From positions 512,001 through 576,000 of the forward strand of contig CBDCTZ010000015.1 of assembly GCA_965222375.1 (NCBI GenBank): DNA of 64,000 bases, in the 5' to 3' direction. The notes under the pieces are model-generated. The model was given only the letters and a program-made list of their open reading frames with translations, searched no databases and was not told where the DNA came from. Source of the stretch: Polyangiaceae bacterium (GTDB lineage: Bacteria; Myxococcota_A; Polyangia; Polyangiales; Polyangiaceae). Each line of letters starts with the position of its first letter. Positions within the stretch are counted from its first letter, which is position 1. Shown here in pieces: positions 38,898 through 49,317 of this stretch. The position numbers and the translations under genes were made by a program.

Positions 38898-39863
38898 GTG
38901 GGTATGCGCCTTGCGGTCGTGCTCGCAGTGCTGGTTTCCGCACACACAGCGGCGGCCCAGAACGCCCATGATCCAGCGGCTGCCGAAGCGCTGTTTTCCG
39001 CAGCTCGAACAGATCTGGCCAACGGCAATGTGCGGGAAGCGTGCCGCAAGTTCGAAGAGAGCCAGCGCCTCGATCCGGCCGTAGGCACGGTGATCAACCT
39101 GGCCGCCTGCCTCGAGAAACTCGGGCGCCTCGCTAGTGCTTGGGAGAAATGGCAACAAGCACAACGCTTGCTCAGTCCTTCTGATGAGCGCCACGCGGTG
39201 GTGATCAAGCGTGCAAAAGCTGTCGACCAACGGGTGCCCCGGCTCACCCTGCGCCTCACGACGGACCACCCACTGTCGACGACCGTACTTCGTGATGGCG
39301 TGAAACTGGGTCCCGCAGCGCGCTCTGTCCCTCTGCCTGTGGACCCGGGGCTGCACGTACTCGTAGTTCGAGCCCCAGGTCACGAAGACCGCCGCTACGA
39401 AATCGACTTGCGCGAGGGCCAGAGGCGAGAGCTCGTTCTGGAAGTTGGCGCAGAGAAGAAATCCGCCGCATCCCAAGAAACGCCAGAGGCGAAAAAGTCA
39501 GTTCCGGCTCAGCCACCTCCTGCAAAAGCAGACGTGAGCGATAACCTGTATCGCCCCCCCGTGCTGGGCTACGCGCTCCTGGGCGCAGGGGCGGCCGCCG
39601 CAGTGGTGGGAACCATTGCTGGAATCGGCGCGCTGAACAAGAAGAGCAAAATGGACGACGACTGCTCCACCCAAGGCGGGCAGCGCGTATGCGGGCCTGC
39701 TGGTCTCGATGCTGCAGACTCTGGCAAGACCTTCGCAACGGTGAGCAACGTCGCGTTCGTCGTCGCGGCCGTGGGCCTTGGTGCCGGGACCTATTTCACC
39801 TTTTTCGCCCAGCCTCAGACGGGAGCCCAAAGCGCTACCCTCAGGCTGCAGGGCTCGTTTTGA
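38898..39863 (+). CDS. TPR + PEGA-like protein with C-terminal membrane segment
   Basis: Signal peptide, AEALF...C.KFEES.RLDP..GT..NLA.C TPR, P.DPG.H.L.V.APG PEGA-like domain. Confidence 0.82.
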   Translation: MGMRLAVVLAVLVSAHTAAAQNAHDPAAAEALFSAARTDLANGNVREACRKFEESQRLDPAVGTVINLAACLEKLGRLASAWEKWQQAQRLLSPSDERHAVVIKRAKAVDQRVPRLTLRLTTDHPLSTTVLRDGVKLGPAARSVPLPVDPGLHVLVVRAPGHEDRRYEIDLREGQRRELVLEVGAEKKSAASQETPEAKKSVPAQPPPAKADVSDNLYRPPVLGYALLGAGAAAAVVGTIAGIGALNKKSKMDDDCSTQGGQRVCGPAGLDAADSGKTFATVSNVAFVVAAVGLGAGTYFTFFAQPQTGAQSATLRLQGSF

Positions 39864-41005
39864 TGCGGAACTTGCCCGTCCTCGTCGCGGTGCTGGCTTG
39901 CTTGGGCTGCGAGTCCCTGATTGGTGCGGACTTCGATGACGCCAAGCGGAGACCAACGGCGGATGCGGGAGTCGACGCACAAGCTGAGGGCGGCGCGTGC
40001 ATCAACGCCGTGCCCCCGGTTCCACCCGAGGTGACGGGCGCGGGCGGTGACACGCGCTTCACGGTGGTCCTGCACGACTTCTACTTCGGTGAAGGTAAGG
40101 ATCCTCAGGACAAACCCGACTATTACAACGTGGGATTCGACTTGGACGGCGTGTGCGCGAACCACGGCCAGGCACCGAACTGCACGGCGGACTTCCCCAC
40201 CGCAGATCCGACGGACGGTCCCCGGGGCGAAGACAATGGCGTCGGTCGCATGCTGTCCGAGCAGGAACCGGTGTTTGGAGCCACGGTCATCACGGGCACC
40301 AACGTATCCAATGGAGTCGCCGAAGGCCGCTACGCGCCCATCGGTGTGATCGAAGTGGGTGGCTACAATGGGTTTTCCGAGGACGACGTTTTGGAGGTGA
40401 CTTGGTCCGTCGCCTTGGCAACCGAAGCGAACCCATCCGGCAAGTTCGTGCCCAAGCTGGACGGCAGCGACATGTGGCCCCTGGCCGACGCTGCAGAAGC
40501 GGGTGGTACGGCCGGCACAGCGCTGAAGTTCACGAGCACCCGCGCTTACGCGAACAAGCGGCGCCTGGTCGCATTCTTCGACGACGCTTTGGTGCCCTTG
40601 GCCAATGTGTACTTCGAGGCCAAGCAGATCGTGCTGACCGCAGACTTGAATTTCGACCCTGCAGACCAAACCTGGAGCCTGGGAGATGGGCTTCTGGGCG
40701 GATACTCTGAAGCGGACGAGCTGTTGGCGGTTGTGCCGCGAATCACGACCCAGTTTCTGGGCGTGCCGTTGTGCACGGACAACAAGAGCTACCCCATGAC
40801 CAAGGAGTTCATCTGCGCCAACGCCGACTACGCCTCGCCGGCGCTCCCCCCGGGACAACCGTGCGATGCCGTCAGTTTCGCCATGCGCTTCGAATCCGTC
40901 GTTGCGAGCGCCGGGGAACTCGGCGCGTTTCCACCAGCCAAGGCGAAGTGCCCCGCGGCGACGGATCCGGCATCAGACAGCTGCTCGATCCCGGTGAAGC
41001 GGTAG
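39863..41005 (+). CDS. Hypothetical lipoprotein of the kinase cassette
   Basis: TGATG overlap; lipobox CLG-C; GFDLDGVC...D...G.DN motif. Confidence 0.78.
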   Translation: MRNLPVLVAVLACLGCESLIGADFDDAKRRPTADAGVDAQAEGGACINAVPPVPPEVTGAGGDTRFTVVLHDFYFGEGKDPQDKPDYYNVGFDLDGVCANHGQAPNCTADFPTADPTDGPRGEDNGVGRMLSEQEPVFGATVITGTNVSNGVAEGRYAPIGVIEVGGYNGFSEDDVLEVTWSVALATEANPSGKFVPKLDGSDMWPLADAAEAGGTAGTALKFTSTRAYANKRRLVAFFDDALVPLANVYFEAKQIVLTADLNFDPADQTWSLGDGLLGGYSEADELLAVVPRITTQFLGVPLCTDNKSYPMTKEFICANADYASPALPPGQPCDAVSFAMRFESVVASAGELGAFPPAKAKCPAATDPASDSCSIPVKR

Positions 41006-41131
41006 CCCGCCGGCCATCGGGGTGAGGCACCACACGGGAACGGGACGGCCTTCGCACACTACCCGACGTGTAGGTGTTCGAAACCCCGTCGGACATTTGT
41101 TGAGACCGCAGCAACGTGGCATTCTCCTGGC

Positions 41132-42364
41132 ATGTTCCGGGTAGGTTTGGGCACGTCTCTGCTGGTGGCCCTCGCGGGCGTGTGGGCCGGCTGCAGCGGC
41201 ACTGATAACGCTGGGATCGCCGGAACCGGCGCAGTGGGCGCCGGTTCCGGCAACGCGGGCGCCGGCGCCGGCGGCACTGCCGCGAGTTCGGGCAACGCGG
41301 GTGCCTCGGGTGGAGGCGCGGTAGGCGGCTTCGGCGGAGGCGCCAATAGCGGCGGTATCGGAGCCGGAGGACCGACCGATAGTGGTATCCCAGACGTGGC
41401 GTTCACCTACGACGGGAACCTGCCTGAGGAAGACGCCTGCGCCGCGGTAACCGTTACAGCCCAGCTCGTTCCGTTGGATCTCTACGTCGTGCTCGACCGC
41501 TCGGGTTCCATGGTCAATCCCAGCCTTGGCAACCTGCGCTGGCCGCCAGTCCGCAATGCACTGAATCAGTTCTTTCAGAGCGCCCAAGCCAAAAACATCG
41601 GCATCGCGCTGACGATGTTTGCTCATCCGAGCAAGAGCCAGTGCTCGGCGTCTTCGTATCAAACACCCATGGTCGCCATGGCTCCATTGCCCGGCAACGC
41701 GAGCGGGCACGCCCTCACACTGCAAAACACGATGAACGCCAATGCGCCCGCGCTCGGCATCGGCACACCCACCGAGTCCGCCATGCAAGGCGCGGTCACC
41801 TTCGCCCGGAATCACAAGAACGCCAACGCGGGACGCACCGTCGCAATCATCTTGGCGACGGACGGCATCCCCGGCGCTGCCTGCAGTGGCCAATCGGCAT
41901 CCGGCGTGCAGAGCGCCATCGCCGGGGGCTTTACGGGGAATCCATCCATCAAGACCTTCGTGATCGGGATCGACCCCAACTCCAGCATGAAAACCAACAT
42001 TACGAACTGGGCCAACGCTGGCGGTGGGCAGTCCTTCGACGTGGCCACCTCGGCCGGCTCGGCGCAGTTCCTTCAGGCCATGAAGAACATCCAGGGCTCG
42101 CTCTTGGGTTGCACGTTCTCGATGCCCAAACCCAGCACCGGCGTAGTTCAGCCCGACAAGGTCAAGGTGATCTTCACGCCGGGCAGCGGTGGCCCGATAC
42201 AGCTGCCGCGAGCGACCAACAAGGCGGCCTGCAGCGGCCCCGGTTGGTTCTACGACAACAATACGACCCCAACGACCATCGAGCTCTGCCCTGCCAGCTG
42301 CACTACCGCGCAGGGCGACCCAAACGGCAAGATCGATATCGAACTGGGCTGCCTCGGCTCGTGA
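41132..42364 (+). CDS. VWA-domain lipoprotein
   Basis: Lipobox WAG-C; MIDAS DRSGS, TPT, ATDG; Cys-containing C-domain GWFYDN...IELCP..C. Confidence 0.9.
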   Translation: MFRVGLGTSLLVALAGVWAGCSGTDNAGIAGTGAVGAGSGNAGAGAGGTAASSGNAGASGGGAVGGFGGGANSGGIGAGGPTDSGIPDVAFTYDGNLPEEDACAAVTVTAQLVPLDLYVVLDRSGSMVNPSLGNLRWPPVRNALNQFFQSAQAKNIGIALTMFAHPSKSQCSASSYQTPMVAMAPLPGNASGHALTLQNTMNANAPALGIGTPTESAMQGAVTFARNHKNANAGRTVAIILATDGIPGAACSGQSASGVQSAIAGGFTGNPSIKTFVIGIDPNSSMKTNITNWANAGGGQSFDVATSAGSAQFLQAMKNIQGSLLGCTFSMPKPSTGVVQPDKVKVIFTPGSGGPIQLPRATNKAACSGPGWFYDNNTTPTTIELCPASCTTAQGDPNGKIDIELGCLGS

Positions 42365-42574
42365 GGCAGCAGCCCTGACATTTGGTTTTTTGGGAGTGTG
42401 CCGCCCGGCGCGTCATCGGCACCTCGCCTTGAGCGGCCTCGGGCGGCGCCCGCTGTCGGCCTCGCGCCCGTAGCTGGAGCGCCACGTTGGCGCGCCCAAT
42501 GTGCAAGACGTAGGCGGCTCTCTGGGTCGCGGTCCATTGACGGCGAGGGTGGTTTTGCTCGAACATGTCGGATC

Positions 42575-42970
42575 ATGGGGAATCCGCGCGCGGGGCTGCC
42601 AACCATGCCAGACGGTGTGGCAGCGCAACACACACACTTGTCGGACGGCATAGGCCGATTGCGGGCCGAGCTCGCAAATGGCGCCAACTGGGAGTCTGTG
42701 GCGGCTCTCCTCGATGGGTTGCAGGCCGACATTCGAGCGCACTTCGCTGAAGAAGAAGCTGCGATGGAGAGCAGCGGCTACCCGGAATTCGAGGCCCACC
42801 GCCAGGAGCACGCTGCTTTCTCGGCAAGGATCCAGGCCTTGCGGGCCCGATGCGACGACCGCCAGACGGAGTTGATGAGCGTCCTCGCCGAACTGCTGCA
42901 TACCTGGTTCACCAGGCACGAAAGCACCTCCGACCGCCGAGCAGCCGAGTACTTGAAGGTCGAGTGGTGA
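42575..42970 (+). CDS. Bacteriohemerythrin-like protein
   Basis: QH...HF.EEE..M...YP....H..EH...W...H....D ligand pattern. Confidence 0.85.
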   Translation: MGNPRAGLPTMPDGVAAQHTHLSDGIGRLRAELANGANWESVAALLDGLQADIRAHFAEEEAAMESSGYPEFEAHRQEHAAFSARIQALRARCDDRQTELMSVLAELLHTWFTRHESTSDRRAAEYLKVEW

Positions 42971-43090
42971 TCGGACGCGACTCGAAAATCGGCGCATGTT
43001 GTCGACCGACGCACGCTGCTCGTCTCGATTGAGCGCGGTCGAGGGCAATCGGAACTTGTGTCCCATGCACTGAGGTCACATGCTTCAGGC

Positions 43091-44635
43091 ATGGCTTGGC
43101 ATAGACTCCTACTCCCACCCTTGGTCTGTATGTCCGTCGCCCTAGGCTGCGGAAGTGACGATAGCGACGGCGGCGGTGCTGCCGGTACCGCCGGTATGGC
43201 TGGCACTGCCGGTTCAGCTGGCACTGCCGGTTCAGCTGGCACTGCCGGTTCAGCTGGTGCGGATGCTGGCTCTGGTGGTGACAGCGGCACTGTCAACTGC
43301 CCCGCACCAGCCAACGCTTCCGCCGCAGCACCCGTGGCTGGAACCAGCCGGGGCCTTTGGGTCCAGTCCGTGGAGAAGCTGGAGAACATCCTGCTACTCG
43401 CCGGTGACCCCAAAGGTGGCGCGTTTGTGGTCATGGGGATGACTTCGAACGGCGAGGCCATCACGGTCGGCACGGATACCGTTTACCCGGGAGGCGCCGC
43501 GACCGACCTCCTTGCCGTCATACGCTTTGACCCGGATGGCAACATCGTCTGGGCCAAAGCCATCACGCCGAAAGTTCCCAATGTCGGCTGGGGGCCGGAG
43601 GCGCGGCTCGTCGGCGCCGACGGCGCTGTCATGATCGCTATGGGCATTAGCGGCGAAGTCGACGTCGCAGGCACTTCGGTGAACGCTGCAGCGGCCCAGA
43701 CGCTCCTGGTTGCCCGGGTTTCGCAGGCGGGTGCGGATTGGACCACGACCTTCGGCGCGGTCGAGGCAAAGCCCCAGGGCGCCGCGCCAGATTCACAAGG
43801 CGGGGCAGCCTTGGGCTTGGCATACGAAGCCCCGGTGGATCTCGGCGGTGGCGTCCGAGACTGCAGTCCGATCATCTTGCGAATCGACCAGACTGGAAAG
43901 CGACTTTTTGATCGCTGCATGAGCACGCTCAAGCCGGGGTTCTTCGAGCTCGATGGGTTGGCGATCGACGCGACCGGTGACATGCTCGCTTCGGGTTTCC
44001 CCCTAGGCCCCGTCGATGTGGGCACCGGGCCGATTTCCGTGGATGCGAACGGAGGCGCATCGGTTCTATTCAAGATGTCTGGCTCCGACGGTAAGGCCCA
44101 GTGGTCGACGGTTTTCAAGGGGAACTACAGTCGCCAGATCGGGACGGACGCCCAGAACAACATCCTAACCATCGGGCACGTCCCGAACTACAATGATGAA
44201 TCGCTGATTGCCGATGACAGCGTCAAAGGATGCACCCGCGACGATACCTACGACTACCACCTCACCAAGTTAGATAGCGCTGGCAAACGTCTGAGCACCG
44301 TTTTCTTCAGTGACGCGCGCGCCGTGGCCTTCTCGCCCGACGGTCGTACATACGTAGCGCCAATTCGAGACGGAACACCCTTCGCGCCGGGCCTGGACCC
44401 ACCAACCAAGCGGAAGCTCGTAGCAATCAACCCGGACGGATCCGTCGCCTTCTTGCAGGACATGGACGCCGACGGAAGTGGCAATTTGGGTAGTCCGGCG
44501 CTCGCCCTGGATGGGCTCGGCAATCTCTACGTGCTTGCCAACCTCACGGGTACGTTGAGCCTCGACAACGGAAAGAGCACGACCGTGGCCAGTGGCTTCG
44601 GTGCGGCGCTCATGCGCTTCGACACCCAGCCCTGA
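43091..44635 (+). CDS. Beta-propeller (SBBP-like) lipoprotein
   Basis: Lipobox ALG-C; 18-bp AGTAGS repeats; recurring D..G...W and D..GN.Y blade motifs. Confidence 0.75.
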   Translation: MAWHRLLLPPLVCMSVALGCGSDDSDGGGAAGTAGMAGTAGSAGTAGSAGTAGSAGADAGSGGDSGTVNCPAPANASAAAPVAGTSRGLWVQSVEKLENILLLAGDPKGGAFVVMGMTSNGEAITVGTDTVYPGGAATDLLAVIRFDPDGNIVWAKAITPKVPNVGWGPEARLVGADGAVMIAMGISGEVDVAGTSVNAAAAQTLLVARVSQAGADWTTTFGAVEAKPQGAAPDSQGGAALGLAYEAPVDLGGGVRDCSPIILRIDQTGKRLFDRCMSTLKPGFFELDGLAIDATGDMLASGFPLGPVDVGTGPISVDANGGASVLFKMSGSDGKAQWSTVFKGNYSRQIGTDAQNNILTIGHVPNYNDESLIADDSVKGCTRDDTYDYHLTKLDSAGKRLSTVFFSDARAVAFSPDGRTYVAPIRDGTPFAPGLDPPTKRKLVAINPDGSVAFLQDMDADGSGNLGSPALALDGLGNLYVLANLTGTLSLDNGKSTTVASGFGAALMRFDTQP

Positions 44636-44787
44636 GCAGCCCCTGGGTGCAGGCGAGGCACGGGAGAAAACACGGCGCGCCGATGCACGCGACCAACTCG
44701 AGCGGCCGCACGAGCTTGCACTGTCTCGTCGTGCGCGCGTGGCGCGCGACACTTCTCGCTGGGCTCGCGGAAGTCCGGCGCCGTGCG

Positions 44788-45414
44788 TCAGCCGTTGTTC
44801 AACCCATGCTCCGCCATCACGGCTTCGTTCTTGGCCTCCGCGCGCTTTGACGCTGGCCGCGCCGAGATCCGTTCGACGTACTCGTCAAATGTCGGCTTGT
44901 GTTCGATCAGCTTGAACTGCAGCATGTAGCGAAGGGTCCCGCCGAAGATGACATCCGCCATGGAGAAACTGTTCCCAAGCACAAACTGCTTGCCGCGGAT
45001 CGCGGACTCCATGGCGCCGAGCATGCTCGCGTAGGTGCCCCACCCAGCACTGCTTGGCTTGAACTCCCACTTCGACATTTTCGCCATGGCACCCGGCTCG
45101 ATCACCGAGGGCGCAAACAGGGACCAGCGCAGGTAGGCACCTCGCCCAGGTGCGTCTGGCGCCGGAGCCAGCACGCCGGGTTTGTAACGGTCAGCGAGGT
45201 ACAGACCAATCGCCGCGGACTCGGTAGCGACCTCCTCGCCGTCCGTGATGATGGGCAGCTTGCCCATGGGGTTTAGAGCGACGACCTCGGGCTCCTTGTG
45301 CGCGCCCTTCATGATGTCGACGAAGCGCAGCTGATAGTCCACACCCACCTCCTCGAGCATCCAGACGACATTCGAAGCGCGGGTAAACGGATGATGGAAC
45401 AGGGTGATTGCCAT
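44788..45414 (-). CDS. Glutathione S-transferase family protein
   Basis: W.LEE.G.DY, LNPMGKLP, ESAAI.LYLA, FSMADV motifs. Confidence 0.93.
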   Translation of the reverse strand: MAITLFHHPFTRASNVVWMLEEVGVDYQLRFVDIMKGAHKEPEVVALNPMGKLPIITDGEEVATESAAIGLYLADRYKPGVLAPAPDAPGRGAYLRWSLFAPSVIEPGAMAKMSKWEFKPSSAGWGTYASMLGAMESAIRGKQFVLGNSFSMADVIFGGTLRYMLQFKLIEHKPTFDEYVERISARPASKRAEAKNEAVMAEHGLNNG

Positions 45415-45539
45415 GAGGCACAGCATAGATCGAGAAACCGCTCCGGTCTTGGCGTACCTCGTCGAGGACGCGGAGGCCGCCGCTACCGGGCTGCGCGACA
45501 GGCACGTGGCTGAACACCGCCCCCGGTCCGGCTGATGGC

Positions 45540-46142
45540 TTGAACGCCGCCCCCAACCCATGGCATGCCAGCATCCGACGTGACGGACGACAAAAGAAGG
45601 CCGAGTTGGCGCGGCAAGGCGTGCGCGCAGCGGACTTGATTGAGCCTGGCAAGATCGCCAGCTCGGTCAAGGAGTCCATGGCCGATGGCGCGAGCAGCCT
45701 AGCGCTACGTGGCATCGCCGCCGTGGGCCGGCTGCGCGGTGGAGAGCGCTCACCCGCACGCAGCCGCGCTGTTGCCGCTGTCGACATCGACTTTCGCGAC
45801 TTCGACGTGGCCGAAGCCGCCGATTTCGAAGCACGGGTGCGAAAAGCGGCCGCACGCAAAGCAGAAGCCGACGACGCTGAGCGCCGGATGGACTTGGCAG
45901 TCCTGCGGCGCTCCTTCCCCGAAGAGTCGCGCGAACTCGCGCTCTTGATCTTCAACTGCGTCGACCTGCTCGAGGAGCTCTCCGAAGACGCAGAAGGCCA
46001 CCCCCCCAGCGCCGAAGAACTGAAGAACAAAGAGCTGCTGCTCCGCCGCATCGCCGAGCTGCTTGCCCCACGCGCCAGCGACGCCCTCACCAGCTTCGTC
46101 GATCACGTAACGAAGATCAGCCGCGTGTATCGCGAAAGCTGA
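45540..46142 (+). CDS. Hypothetical helical protein
   Basis: Open frame with coding-like composition; start uncertain (possibly 45621 or 45678). Confidence 0.5.
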   Translation: MNAAPNPWHASIRRDGRQKKAELARQGVRAADLIEPGKIASSVKESMADGASSLALRGIAAVGRLRGGERSPARSRAVAAVDIDFRDFDVAEAADFEARVRKAAARKAEADDAERRMDLAVLRRSFPEESRELALLIFNCVDLLEELSEDAEGHPPSAEELKNKELLLRRIAELLAPRASDALTSFVDHVTKISRVYRES

Positions 46143-46464
46143 ATCGGGTTGGACACAAGCGTCGCGCGCACCCAGAACGCAAACGACGCTCCTTCGCTGG
46201 CGCGCTGGCGAAGGCGGGGGTACAGGGCTGACGGGCCGGCTCGGACGGCGATGCGCCACACTTCCGCTGCGCGCGAGGTGCCGATGACGGACTGGACCGG
46301 CACATTCAACCAACAAAACAAGATCGGGCGACGGCGGTTTCGCCCTGCCAAGCGAGCCCCGCGCGCGCGTCGTCGGCACGTCAATGGGCGCGTTTTGCCG
46401 GCTAGGCCGCATGTGTGACGCAGTTTGTCCTTGGCGCGAGCGGCTATCTTCTGTACGGGCGGGC

Positions 46465-47601
46465 ATGGCTGTCGCATCGATGGTTATCGAACGCGGCCAC
46501 TGGGAGCGCGCGCTATGCGGGCTCGCGGTTGTCGTGGCGCTGCTTTTCGCGAGCAATACCGCCCAAGCGCAGCCGCGTACGCACAAGGTCTATCCTGGGC
46601 AGCGGTTGGGCTCGATCGCAAAGCGGTATCGCGTCAGCGTCGCGGCGATCGCTCACGCTAACGACATCGCGAATCCCGCGAAGATCGCCCCGGGGAGAGT
46701 CCTGGTGATTCCCGATCGTGACGACGCGGACGGAAAGCGCGCACGCAAGGAGTTCGAAAAACGCCAGGATAGGCGAGCTAAGGCTGGCGAGGAGAAGCAG
46801 ACGCGCTCGAGTCCCAGGGCTGACGAGACGAAGAAGCGCTCCAAATCCAGGTCCGAAGAACGCGAGCGCGCGAAGCTGCACCGCGTCGCTCGCGGGCAGA
46901 GCTTGGGCGCCATCGCGCGCCGCTATCGGATACCGATTGCCGCTCTTTGCCATGCCAATGAGATCGAACGGCGCGACCCGTTGAAGGTTGGCATGCAGCT
47001 GGTCGTCCCGGCGCCGGGGGACGCCGACGGAAGCCGGGCGCGAGCAGCGAAAGCGCGACTACTCCGCGCGGACAAGCAAGCCCGCGCGCTGAAGCGTCGC
47101 GTGAACAAGAAGGGCTGGCGCAGATACGTGCGTACAGCGCGGCACAAAGGCTACGTGACGTTGCTAGGCCACCATGGCCGTTGGAAGGGCTATGTGATCG
47201 GCCGACGCGGAAAGCTGCTGCCCGCGGCTCGAAGGAGCATTGGAAAGTTGCTGGATCGGACCGGCAACGGGCCGCGGATCAACCCGCGTTTGATCCGTCT
47301 GATCGCCAAGGTCAGCGACAAATTCGGGGGGCGCCCCCTGCGCGTCGTCAGCGGCTTTCGCAAGAAATCCTTCATCGATGATTCACGCCACAGGCACGGC
47401 CGCGCCGTGGACTTTCATATCCCCGGCGTGCCCAACGAAGCCCTGCGCGACTACCTGCTCACCCTCGACAACGTGGGCGTCGGCTACTACCCCAACTCGA
47501 CCTTCGTCCACTTCGACGTGCGTCGAAACAAGACCTACTGGGTAGACCTAGCGGGCCCAGGTCAGCCCCCACGCTATGCCAAGGTGCTGCGCTTGGACTA
47601 G
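46465..47601 (+). CDS. LysM x2 + DUF882/peptidase M15 (YcbK/MepK-like) protein
   Basis: Two LysM repeats; SGFR, S.H..GRAVD, GVGYYPNSTFVHFD zinc-peptidase motifs; start uncertain. Confidence 0.88.
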   Translation: MAVASMVIERGHWERALCGLAVVVALLFASNTAQAQPRTHKVYPGQRLGSIAKRYRVSVAAIAHANDIANPAKIAPGRVLVIPDRDDADGKRARKEFEKRQDRRAKAGEEKQTRSSPRADETKKRSKSRSEERERAKLHRVARGQSLGAIARRYRIPIAALCHANEIERRDPLKVGMQLVVPAPGDADGSRARAAKARLLRADKQARALKRRVNKKGWRRYVRTARHKGYVTLLGHHGRWKGYVIGRRGKLLPAARRSIGKLLDRTGNGPRINPRLIRLIAKVSDKFGGRPLRVVSGFRKKSFIDDSRHRHGRAVDFHIPGVPNEALRDYLLTLDNVGVGYYPNSTFVHFDVRRNKTYWVDLAGPGQPPRYAKVLRLD

Positions 47602-47748
47602 GGCCTAGGGAAGAAAGTACTACGGGTCGCCGCCTCCATGAGTGGTCATCGCCCACCGCTACCGCACGCGCCGCGCCGATGACGGACCCGGCAGATCCAA
47701 CCCACAACCAACTCCAGGCTGCGCTATCGTGCACCCACCAACGTAACG

Positions 47749-48618
47749 ATTGTCCTGTACGACTTCGAGGGTCCGCTCGATTTTTCCACGCTTGAGCGTC
47801 CACCGCTCTGCGCGCTGCGCGCTCTACGGGTCGGTGGGTTCTTGCTGACACGGACGGGGTGGTCCCTGACCCCGCATGAACAACGGCTCAAGTTGTCGCT
47901 CGCAGGCAGCCAACCGCAGATCGACGTCGCCTCGGTGCGAGACGCCCTGGCGCATACACCGCCACAAGAACTCAAAATGTTCTCCGCTGCGCGCGAGCCC
48001 AGTCGCGACGCGGCACCCGACAAGCTCCAAGCCGCGCTCGGTCCCGGGCGGAGCTTGCCCCCAGAAGTGTGGAGCGGGCTCCGTGCAATCGATCGGCATG
48101 TGCTCGCGATGTTGGGTTCCAACGCTCGACTGCTCTGGCGCGCCATCGACGAAATGGGCGCTGCCGTTCGAACCGCTCCGGGGCATTCCACCCACGGAGG
48201 CTGGACCGGGGAACTGGCCCACGTGGAAATCCACATGAACGCTGATGGGATCGATGCGCTCCACCGTTCGAGCTTTCACGATGGGCGTGCCCTCGTGCTG
48301 GCGCGAGTCGCAGGCATCCGTGCCGCACGCCAGGCAGGCGAGCTGATGGACGTGTTCGCCCAAGTCATGACGGGTGCCGTCGAGCTGGGTTTCTGGGTGG
48401 CGCGAGATCCCGCCTCCCACGTGTTGTGCCAGGCGCACGTGAGCAGCGTAGACGGTGGGTTCTTTCGCGCGGGGTCACTCATGGCCGCATCAGCGGCGGC
48501 GGCAACTCTTGCGGCTTTGGTTCAAGAATTCGATCCATCCGTCATCATGCAAAAGGGCAGGATCGTCGAAGAATCCTGGCTGGTCGGCGACGACGACGAA
48601 GCGACCATCTGTCAGTAG
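47749..48618 (+). CDS. Nitrate-reductase-associated (NarM-like) N-domain fused to a divergent MoaC-like domain
   Basis: YDFEG...L...P...LRAL...G..L...GW and W..L..IDR.VL resemble NarM; G.AL.LARVAGI.AA...ELM and A.AAA.TL resemble MoaC; frame open from 47683 but first ATG/GTG/TTG only at 47842. Confidence 0.6.
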   Translation: MVLYDFEGPLDFSTLERPPLCALRALRVGGFLLTRTGWSLTPHEQRLKLSLAGSQPQIDVASVRDALAHTPPQELKMFSAAREPSRDAAPDKLQAALGPGRSLPPEVWSGLRAIDRHVLAMLGSNARLLWRAIDEMGAAVRTAPGHSTHGGWTGELAHVEIHMNADGIDALHRSSFHDGRALVLARVAGIRAARQAGELMDVFAQVMTGAVELGFWVARDPASHVLCQAHVSSVDGGFFRAGSLMAASAAAATLAALVQEFDPSVIMQKGRIVEESWLVGDDDEATICQ

Positions 48619-49071
48619 GCGGACGCCCAAACTGCCAAGCTCCGTGCCCGCAGGCGGACCGCTCCGTCTATGGCCTGAGCGTGCGCAGGCGAGGCAGCAG
48701 ACACAAACAGCGCACACCCGGTCCACGGCCACTTTCGTCCCATTTCGGCGAAGATACTATGCAGCTCACGCAGGGTACAGGCTTACGCCGTGGTGCATCC
48801 GCGTGTCCGCGTCCGATGTTGCACTACGTTGCCGCGTAGGTGTCGCATACATGTTGTACGTCAGCACGCGCAACGCGACGAAGCTCGGGCGGTCGGCGAT
48901 GCCGTTGCCTACTGGGTGCAGGGTGCGCCGTCGACGGAGTCGGCTACCTGGTCGTGCGGCGAATCCACATGGGACAAGAATCTGCCGACGGTTTGCGCTA
49001 CTCGATAGAATCGGACACCTAGCGGAAGGCGACCCCTTTCAACGCTCAACCCAGCCCGCATGAGGTGCCAA

Positions 49072-49089
49072 TGCCGGACATGTCCGGCA
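49072..49089. promoter_or_regulatory. Perfect 18-bp palindrome in a long intergenic region
   Basis: TGCCGGACATGTCCGGCA. Confidence 0.4.
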
Positions 49090-49317
49090 CGAGTCGCTCA
49101 GGCTTGACCGTGGTCAAGCTCATAGAGAGCCATGCTGCCCAAACCACGCGGGTCTGGGGATGGGTCGCCAGGCCCACCGAGCCCGGCGCTGATTCGCCCC
49201 AGGACGCGCGCGTCTCGGCTGCGCCGTTGTGTGCCAGAGAACTGCCGCGATTTTCAGTGCGGAGTCGCCGAAAACTCTGTGGCACAGCGAGGCACGAGCT
49301 TTGCTCGCATTTCTTCT

